64,000 nt of DNA from the human T2T-CHM13v2.0 reference genome, Homo sapiens, in assembly GCF_009914755.1 (NCBI RefSeq), contig NC_060935.1; one strand, 5' to 3'. Below, piece after piece: positions 53,240-64,000 of this stretch. The position numbers were made by a program, and so were the translations under genes. A model generated the notes under the pieces. It saw only the letters and a program-made list of their open reading frames with translations. It was not told where the DNA came from and did not search any database. Within the stretch, counting starts at the first letter, position 1. Every line of letters starts with the position of its first letter.

Positions 53240-54921
53240 TAAGAACACCAGTGGCCGCTCCATCAGGCTGCCTGGGGTAGGCTTCTCCTGGGGCTGTTGA
53301 GGCTGGTGGTCTCTGGGCTCCAGGACCAACAGTCAGGGCCAGTGTGTGGGGCGGAGTGAGTGGGGGAGTAGGGGAGGTTTACAAATTCAGGGCAGTGAGG
53401 GCTTTTTCCTACTGAGCCAGCCTCCGATGATGTAGGCAAATCTTTCATTCCAACATGTATCTAACTTCCAGATTTCCCCAGAGAGTCTGTCCTGTGTGTT
53501 CTTGGAGTGGAAATCTTCCTAGGCCTCCTAGTTCCCACTGGACAAAATCCAAACCCCTCAGCCTGGCACTGAAGGTGCCCTCTGAGCAAGCTGCCTCCAG
53601 CACATTGCCCCTTTGGTAAACAAGCCTGGGTTTGGTGCCCAGCTCTACCACTTATTCACTGTGTGTGTGACCTTGCACCCCTCTGAGCCCCATTTCATCA
53701 CAGGTGAAAGTGAAGTGTCAATCCCTGCCTTGCAGGTTGTGAAGATGATACAAGTCAATGCTCCATAGATGTGAGTTATTTTCCCCTTCCCACCAAATTT
53801 CTCCACCAAAGGTCTTTGGGGCCTCCTTGCCTTGGAGCCTCTGCCTGTGCTGGGTGTCCCAATGAGAGTTTCACCTCCACTGTTGACATCTCGCTCTAAG
53901 GCCTCCTCTGGACCTCCTTCCCGACTGTGATCCTCCCTCCTTGGTGCTCACACAGTATGTGGTACTGCTCTGGAAGCGTATCCCACACTGCCTGACCTCA
54001 AACCTCTGCCTTGGCTTCCCCACCAAGAGACACTATCTCACCCACTTCTTTAGTCCATCAGGGAAGTGGTTTGCACACACAGGTGAATAATGTTTGCTAT
54101 GAAACCAAATAAATACCAATTGAAGATTTCTGGTTCGTTCTTCCTCATTGCAGATGAGAAAATAGAGGCCCAGAGAGGTGAAATGATGTGCACACCCACA
54201 TTCCCGAGATCAACCACAGGGCTGAGACCAGAATGCAGAATGTCTGACTTCACTTGAAACAGCATGGCAGGATGCTGTGATCAGTTTCAGACCCTGATGA
54301 GGGGTGGGAGTTGGGGGAGTATAAACATCATAGGGTCCCTCAATAAGGACAGAATGGAATTTGCCCTGAGCCCCTGTTTGCACCACTTAGCCCTGGCAAT
54401 TTGCACCGGCTTTGCCCGTCTCCTAATTCTAATGGCCCTAAGCCCAAGTTCTTAGGTCTCAAAGAGACTTAGGGAGGTTGGTGGGCCAAGATGAGCTCTG
54501 CAAGTCAGCCTGAGATAAGTCAGATGAGTAGAAGCCCTTTGAGGCTGGCTATGTTTCCTGGGTAAAGTTCAGCAGGCTTGATGTTAGTGAAGAGATCCTG
54601 GGACAAGTTCTTCATTTGCCACTGATTTGCTAAGTGACCACAGGGAAGTTTTCTAATCCCTATGAGCCTCAATTTTCTCATTTGATGGGATTCCTAGTTC
54701 TGCTGGTATCCTGTGGCATATGAAGTAATTTTGTGAGATGTAATGTGATGAACAAAAGTTAGATGTTTAGCTGGCAGGGCTAGGAATTCTAGCCTGTTCT
54801 GTGGGCTACAGACATGCCTGTTCTGTGGGTTTGGGTTGTGTTGAGTGGGTGGTGTTCTTCCAGGAGTTGTTAGAAGAGAGCTGGGTGCCTGTGAATTCTT
54901 AGATGGAGCTCTGCATTTGAG

Positions 54922-54926
<5 letters not shown>

Positions 54927-54972
<46 letters not shown>
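54927..54972 (+). repeat. (GT)23 microsatellite
   Basis: Pure GT run. Confidence 0.95.
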
Positions 54973-54974
<2 letters not shown>

Positions 54975-55684
54975 TGGAGTGGGATGCAGCAGGCTTAGCA
55001 GGGTAAAGTTGTTGTGTATCTCCTAGCTGGTCCCAAAGAATCTGGTGAGAGCAGAAAATAAATGAGAAGTCTGATGAAAACACAGTGCTGTTGCTGGGGA
55101 GAAGGGAGGCCGTGCTCACAGGGAAGCAAAGATTGCCTAGGACATGGGACAAGGTACAGAGGTGGCACTCTCAGCCACCCCTGAGTGCTTCTGGAGTGGG
55201 GCAAGTGCTAGTTTGGAGGGGAGCAGGGTAAAGGAGGTTGCTTGGGCTGGTGGGGTGGAGGGAGGATTGAAAGGATGATACACTGTGAAGGTTTAGGGTA
55301 GAATTTGGTAGGCAGGATCCACTTCTGGGAACAGTCTGGCACTGACAGTGCAGCATGGACAGTAGGCCAGCCCTCAAAGCCCAGAACTAGAACCATCACC
55401 CACAACCTGCTGCCGGCAAGTGGTGGGTCCTCTGGTCACCCACAGAGATAAAGAGAGACAGGGAGAAGGAAGGAGGATAAGAAAAGGGGAAGAGACTTAC
55501 TGGAGGAAGAGAAAGGGAGAAGAGCTGGAAAGACACAAGCCCAGCTAATGGACAATCAATTTCCAAAGGAGTGTTTCGTTCTCTCTTTGGGCTACTTCAA
55601 AAATACAAACCAAGTTATTTGGAGATTTGTAATAGCTGGACATACAGTGCTCTGCTTGTGACCAACTTGAGTGTACCGTCCTCT

Positions 55685-57380
<1,696 letters not shown>

Positions 57381-57522
57381 TGATACCATTATTATTTTAA
57401 GGATTAAAAATGAGGCTCATAGAAGGTGGATAACTTGCTCATTTCACCAAGTCAGCAAGGAGCCCAGGCTTTTCTCGCTGTGAAGGTTGTGCAACTTCCT
57501 TGTATTACAGATATCTCTAGAA

Positions 57523-57839
57523 CAGTGCTGCTCAACTCAGGATGTCCATGAGAGTTACTTGAGGAGTTTTTTTTTTTTAATTATACTTTAAGTTTTACAA
57601 ACTAATGATACCCCCAGCACTTTAGGAGGCCGAGGCGGGCAGATCACTGCACTCCAACCTGGGCGACAGAGTGAGACCTTGTCTCAAAAAAACAAAAACA
57701 AAAATAAAACCCTAATGATACCAAGACTCCACCACAGACCAATTAAATTCAAATTTCTGGTGGTAAAGTCTGGATATCTGTGTCTTTAAGACTGTCCTAG
57801 ATGATTCGAATCATCTAAGAACCAGGCTGAGGACCACTG
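57523..57839. mobile_element. MER5-type MITE with nested L1 stub and mini-Alu
   Basis: tctagaa-cagtgctgctcaa … ccacagaccaattaaattcaaatttctgg … ctgaggaccactg-atctaga. Confidence 0.75.
57613..57710 (+). mobile_element. Internally deleted mini-Alu
   Basis: cccagcactttaggaggccgaggcgggcagatcac fused to tgcactccaacctgggcgacagagtgagacc plus A tail. TSD ctaatgatacc. Confidence 0.9.
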
Positions 57840-59077
57840 ATCTAGAAGCAGGTTGGGTACAATTCAGATCCCAGCTGTGCCCAGTAGTGCTTTGCTGAAA
57901 ACTTGATATTTTCTTATCAGCACATGCCTAGTAACCCTAGCCCAAAGGGAAATCCACCCCCAAAGCACCTTCAGAGCATCTGTTTGAAAATCAGCTATAA
58001 GGAAAATCATCTGCCTAACAGGGAAATTATTTACTCTATATACTCTTAAGTTACTCAATCCATAATTGCTTTCCACCTTAATTACTCATCCCTGCTTTCT
58101 CTGCCTATATGTCTCTCTCTCTCTCTACCTCACTGACTTGCCTGCCAAACTGGTTGTATAATCCCTTTCATTCATTGTTTCATTCCATATTACATATGAA
58201 TATTTGTATTTTTCCATTTAACTTTTAACTAAAGATTCTTGTTTGACGTAGCAAAAGAAGTTGAGTGCTGGGATATATTAGTTTGGAGGAGGATAATATT
58301 ATCATCCTGAAGGCCTGTTTTAGCTTCTGCAGCTTTCTATGGAGCTCTCAGCTCTATCACCACGCCATAAAACAAACACCTCATTGTATAAAGGGAGCCT
58401 TTAATTAACCTCTTAGACTGTTGCAGACGTCATCCTGAACCTTGTCCCTATCTGGTGTACAGTCCACATTAGCATTCTGCCTCTGACCCATGGGTTTATT
58501 TATTCCATGAAATGCTTTGCCCTTTCCCTTGGTCTGTCACTTGTCTTTGCTTCCTTGGATGTGACCCTTGCTCCCCTTTCTGATTATAATTGAATTTGCC
58601 CTCTAACTATACCCTGGATGAACAGGTCCATCCTGCCTAGATCAATGAGCAGGATGCCAGTCACTTTGTGATTCCCACTCATCATGTATTTTCCTGCAGC
58701 CTTTAGATGTCTGGAAGGACAGAAAGAAAGAGAAAATTTGAGCATCTCTAGGTCACTCTCCTGCTCCTATGGCTGCGTTTTCAGTGCATTCCCGTGATTC
58801 TGTTTAATTGTTACAATCCAGAAACCAACTCTACCTCCTTTTCCTTAAAATTAGACACATAAAACAAAAACAAAAACAACCTCCCTAAAAAACAAAACTA
58901 AGAAGAGCAGACTAGCACCAGTGATATATCATGGGCCTTTGTATATTAGCCTGTGTCCTTTAGATATTTGCATAAAAACCACCACTGGTGCTTTTCCAAT
59001 AATCAGTAGGAGAATGTTGCCCATAAATCTGATATGATGTTTGCTGTACACTTTGGGTTCTTTAACTGCAAAAGTTC

Positions 59078-59461
59078 TGCTATGGTTTGATTGTGTCCTC
59101 CAAGGTTCATATGCTGGAAACATAATCCCCAGTGCAACTTTGTTGAGAGCTGGGACCTTTAAGAAGTGATTAGGTCATGAGGGCTCTGCACCCATGAATA
59201 GGTTAACACTGTTATTTTGGGAGTGGGTTAGATATCTTGGGTGTGGGCTCTTGATAAAAAGATGAGTTCAGCTTTATGCCCCCCACCAATCCTTTTATGC
59301 AAGATCTCTTGCCCTTCTGCCTTCCACTACAGAATGACGCAGCAAGTGGGCTCCTCAAACTTGGACTTCATAGCCTCCAAAACTGTAAGAAGTAAATCGA
59401 TTCTTTATAAATCACCCAGTCTCAGGTATTTCATTATAGCAGCATAAAATAGACTAAGACA
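59078..59461 (+). mobile_element. MST (MSTC/MSTD-like) solo LTR
   Basis: TGCTATGGTTTGA…gattaggtcatgagggctctgc…ctttataaatcacccagtctcaggtatttcattatagcagca…GACTAAGACA. TSD agttc/atttc. Confidence 0.9.
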
Positions 59462-60039
59462 ATTTCCATGCTGTTCCTCCCACTCCCTGGGAAGAATCTC
59501 AGCATTCGCCAGCCCCTTCTGTATCCAGACTCCAGGTGCATCAGCTCTGCTGCCCAGATGATGACCAAGCCAGGCCATCCTCATCACCACTTGCATGCCC
59601 GCCCATGAGGAAAGTCTGGCTTCAGGCCCAGGCCCATTCCATTCCATGTAAAATCTAATTATCTATAAGTGCTTCCAGCAGCAATTTCTTTAGGGATGTG
59701 AAAGTGCTTTGATTAGATTGTTCTCTTGGCATCATTAAGTTTACAACAAGGGATGGGAAGTGGGTGATTTGGGGATGCAGACTTTCCTAAAATGGGACTT
59801 GTGTTTGGGGCAGCTGGCCTCAGGGTGGGCTACTCCTGGGCCCATCATGGGAACTAAGCTGAGCATCCCCTGCTCACCTGGCCCTTTCACCAGCTTTTCC
59901 TCTTCTCCCCAGAGGCCCCAATGAGGGAGGCATGGGACAACAAGTGAGGAGGCCAGAACTGGAGTCCTGGCCCTGGCATTAACTTGCCATGTGGCCTAGG
60001 TAATCTCATCTCCTCCCTGGGCCTCCATTTCCTCATCAT

Positions 60040-60760
60040 TCAGCCCATACTTCATCAGTAAACTGCTGTGTGTTAGGCCTCAGCTGGATGCTGAGGATCT
60101 AGAGAAAATTTGGTATAAGAACTGCCCTGAGTGGCTCAAATCTGCTTGGGGAATGTGCATGTTACCAGAAGAGACCATCTAACTTGATAGGTGTTCTAGC
60201 TGAGGTCAGACCACAGTGATGTGGCAATGGGGAGAACAGAGATGACCTCTTCTGGGTGAGGGAGGTGCATGCATGTTCACAGAGGAAGTGACATCTGACC
60301 AGCTCTGAGAGGGGAGTAAGGAGGGAAAACAGGGAAAATGACCACTTCAGCTTTAAGTGAATTGGGGTTGAGGTGCCCGTGGAATATCCAGGCAAATTAT
60401 GTTTGGAATTATATATAAAATGATAAGATAGCAGTTTGGAATGTAGACGTGGATCTCAGAAAAGAGGGCTAGGTTTAGGGGTCATTGTAGCGAGTCACTG
60501 AGGCAACTTGGGTTTGGGTGCCTTTGTCTGATATGGAGTAAAGCGGGCTGGCAGCAAAACCTGGTATATGCCAGTTGAGATGAATGCAAAGGAGGAGAGG
60601 CCAACAGAGCAAATGGTAAAAAGTGGTGAGCTAGGGAGGAGCCTAAAAGTGTGGTGTCATAAAGTCTCAGCAGGAGATCAGGGCAAGATGGAGAGAACTG
60701 AATTCTCAGGAGCAGTGGAGCTTACAGGGAGGCCAAGTGAGAGAGGAATTGATTGACTGA
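60040..60760 (-). mobile_element. L2 fragments
   Basis: cacagaggaagtgacatctga…; ttgaggtgcccgtggaatatccagg…ggatctcagaaaagagggctagg. Confidence 0.6.
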
Positions 60761-61474
60761 GATTTGCATCAGACAATTTCTCAAATCCTTTGTAAGCATA
60801 TGATTTCTCTCTCCCCTCTCTATCTCACTTTCTCTCTGTCTCACTCTCCATTTTCGTGTTGCTGTGCGTCTTTGTGTCTTCATCTCTCTTATTTATTTCT
60901 GCTTCATCTCTGTGTCACTGCCCAGGTCAGCACCTATCACAATGTAGGTGCTCAGGAAATGTTTATTGAACTATAGAAATGCAGGGATAGTACTGATTTT
61001 CTCTTTCTTCCCTTCTGAGGAGTTGCAATTATTCATTGCATTGTTCCTAGTTAGGAATCAAAACAGAAATCACTCCCATTTTAAAAGTCCTGGTTCTGGG
61101 CTGCATGACTGATGGATGTCTAAACAAGTGGTTAAACTTTGGGCCCCAGTGCAAAGAGCTGAGGTTCCTGGTGAGGTCTCAGTTCCAAAAAGAGTGTGCA
61201 GAAAGGACTTCTGGAGAGAAGCCCAGTGAGGAGGCTGGGACAGGCAGAAGTGGGGTGAACCTAGGATTCAGGGCCCCAAGTCTAGGAGCCACCAGGTGGG
61301 GAGGGGAGGGAATGATGGTGCCACCATGTGGCAGGCACTATACATGCAGTCTCTCATTTAATAATTCCAATGGTCCTCTGAAGTTGTTACTTTTAGGCCT
61401 ATTTTATAAGAAGGAAAAAAACAACCTATGAGATTGGTATTATTCCTGTTTTATAGATAAAAGCTCAAAGTAGG

Positions 61475-61831
61475 TGTATTAGTCTTTTTTCACATTGCTG
61501 TAAGGACATATCCAAGACTGGGTAATTTATAAAGGAAAGAGGTTTAATTGGCTCACAGTTCCACAGGACTGGGGAGGTCTCAGGAAACTTAACAATCATG
61601 GTGGAAGGGGAAGCAAATACATCCTTGTTCACATGGCAGCAGCAAGGAGAAGTGCAGAGCAAAGCGGAGGGGAAGCCCCTTATAAAATCATCAGATCTCA
61701 CGAGAAATCACTCACTATCACAAGAACAGCATGACTCAATTACCTCCCACCAGGTCCCTCTCATGACATGGGGATTATGGGAACTACAGTTCAAGGTGAG
61801 ATTTGGGTGGGGACACAGCCAAACCATATCA
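61475..61831 (-). mobile_element. THE1 (C/D-like) solo LTR inserted in a MIR
   Basis: tgtattagtc…gagatttgggtggggacacagccaaaccatatca. Perfect 5-bp TSD gtagg (61470-74, 61832-36). Confidence 0.95.
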
Positions 61832-62119
61832 GTAGGTAAGAAAATTGTTCAGCTAGTAAAGGATAGAGGCAGGATTCAGACGTAGGTAGGCCTAAATCTA
61901 ATGTCTGTGCATGTTCTGATGCTACAGGAATTGCCTCAGGTGCTGGGAAGCCCAGAACCCAGTGGTGTGGGGCGCTTGAGTGGCCTCATACTATGGTGAG
62001 CTGGGCTGTGCAAGAGCTGCTGAGATGGTAATGAATATGAAGATCAACTTGCTGGCAGCAGACCAAGTGGCTGGTCAGCTGCATCAGAACGAAACGCTAG
62101 GAAAATTTGGCCCCTATGA

Positions 62120-62960
62120 AAAGATGCTAAACAGGCAATTTATAGTAGAGGAGATCCAACTTGCAAAAAACAAAAGCCAAAACAAACCAAATCAAAGCAA
62201 AATAATGATATTAAAAGTCTTTCAACCTCATTAAGAAGTGGAGACATGCAGGTTAAAATACAATTTTTGTAGCCATAAAATTGGCAAAAAATTTAAAAAT
62301 CTGCCAATAGCAAGTATTGGCAAGAATCTGGTTTTTAGTGTGATTATGTATTGCTGGTGGGAATAAAAGTTACTACTATCATGTCGCAAAACAATTGGCA
62401 ATACCAATAAACCTAAAGATGCGGAAACACTTTGCCCTAGGAATTCCACTCCTAGATTGGGATCTCTGAAGAAACTGGCAGATGTTCACCAGAAGACATT
62501 TAGAAGAATATTTATAGCAGCACTGTCCATTATAGCAAAAGCTGGGAAGCCACTCAGACACCCATCGACGGGAGAATGCATAAATGAATTGAAATTGATT
62601 TATATAATGAAATACCATACAACAGTGAAAATAAATGGATCATAGCCACATGCAACAACAAGAAGAGGTTTCATAAACAAATACTGACTGGAGAGAAAAA
62701 TAAATTGCCATATTCAGCATTATACCATTTATGTCAAGTACAAATCTTGTAAAACTAACAGTGGATACCTTCAATAAACCTCTGAGGAAAACAAGGGAAT
62801 AATATGCATAAAACTCAGAGTAATGGCCCATCCAGCAGGAGAAATCAGAGGTATGAGATCATGAAAGGTGTGCTGGGGATTTTCTTGATTTTATTTCTAG
62901 AACTAGAATTTTTGGATATTAGGCATATACATCTAAACATACAGGTGTTCATTTTATTAT
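62120..62960 (+). mobile_element. L1ME-type ORF2 end/3' UTR
   Basis: aaacaggcaatttatagtagaggagatccaa…ttcaacctcatta…aaattggcaaaaatttaaaa…gaattccactcctag…gaatatttatagcagcactgt. Confidence 0.8.
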
Positions 62961-63499
62961 TTGTTAAAACTTATTCTCTCTCTCTCTCTATATATATATA
63001 TGTACATATATATATTTCCCTTTTGAAGGGATAATTAATGAGTTACCAAAAGAGATCTGAAGCATATAAAACAAACTACAAGGGAAGCAAGACGATGGGC
63101 AATTGGCAATTGTATAAGCAACTCCACACATCCTCTGGAAACCAAAGGACAGTGAAGAAATTGGGGTCTACATCAGGATGGGGTCACTTTCCTGGGGTCA
63201 AGAATCAATTTAAGTTCTCATGTTGGCTGTTTCTCCAATGCTATCTTTTCCTATAATTGCCTTTGCTCACAATAGCTCCTCCATCTACGACGCCATTCCT
63301 TTAGCTTTGCTTGTCTAAAGTGTGTCCTTAAGTGTTAGGTCAAATTTTACTTTATTGTACTTATTTCCCACTTACTAAAAGCCTACTACATGCCAGACCT
63401 TGAGCAGCCAAGAGTTAACAAGCTGTGGTCCCCAGGCTTGCAGAGATGGCAGGGGGACAGGGGAGCAGACAGACAAAGGAGCAGAGAATCACACTGTAT

Positions 63500-63680
63500 T
63501 AGTGCTTCTCTGAATTGCTGGCACATGAAAGTCAGCTGTGGAGCTGTTAAAAAGCAGATTCTCAAGCCTCTCTGGCAATTCTGGTGGAATAGGTCTGGGT
63601 GGGATACAGGAACTTGCTCTTAGGAAACTCTCACTGAATTTGATGCAGCTGGTCCACAGACCTCACTTGGAGAAACAGGG
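63500..63680. mobile_element. MER5A-like MITE
   Basis: ggagctgttaaaaagcagattctcaagcc…aggtctgggtggg…tgatgcagctggtccacagacctcacttggagaaaca. Confidence 0.75.
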
Positions 63681-64000
63681 CCTGTTGGTGTGACAAATGT
63701 GACAATGATAGCAAAGGTACTTGGGCATGGGAGACCCAAAGAAGGCCACGTCTCCCAACTGAGGCGTGTTCATTAAGTCAGGGTAGCCTCCAGGAGGCCC
63801 CTCTGTAGAGCATCTTCATTTGTAATTTGTAGATGTGAATCACCTCCCCAACTGCAGTGGACACTGTTCCCAGCACAAGGCTTGGCATGCAGTATATGTC
63901 AGGGATGTTTTATTCAATGGGGTTTCAGAGCAGCAGTCTGGACTAGGGAGCAGGCCTGGCAGCCAGGCCTTGGGTGGCAGCAGACCCTGGGGACCATCAA

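Noticed and set aside
54694-55152. 152-aa minus-strand ORF with (TH)n
   Set aside because: Kept open by the GT microsatellite; no other coding evidence.

Overview
Primate (very probably human) genomic DNA from the middle of the INSC (inscuteable spindle-orientation adaptor) gene on the + strand. Five internal coding exons (20166-20511, 21536-21588, 22749-22872, 35122-35235, 45245-45370; probably exons 3-7) have canonical AG/GT ends and compatible phases, and splice into one open frame (…LHLMQVDSVQRWMEDLKLMTECEC…GVHQLEK). The start and stop codons lie outside the window. The rest is intron filled with Alu, L1, L2, MIR, MaLR LTRs (THE1/MST/MLT1) and DNA-transposon fossils (MER2, MER5, MER58, a hAT/Charlie remnant). 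Nearly all entries in the ORF track are chance or repeat-derived. The most unusual structures are these. (1) A non-Alu ~270-bp inverted duplication (25853-26566) loops out a strong polypyrimidine-CAG|GTAACT site and a 65-nt frameshifting pseudo-exon, making a candidate structure-gated recursive/poison splicing switch. (2) A perfect 115-bp direct repeat brackets the 124-nt coding exon. (3) A MER5 copy holds an ultra-short L1 stub, an internally deleted mini-Alu and a perfect 20-bp palindrome. (4) One Alu carries two internal tandem duplications. (5) There is a TCF/RBPJ/homeodomain motif cluster and a near-consensus CTCF site. Repeat subfamily calls and boundaries were made by eye and are approximate. 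All functional interpretations are untested inference.
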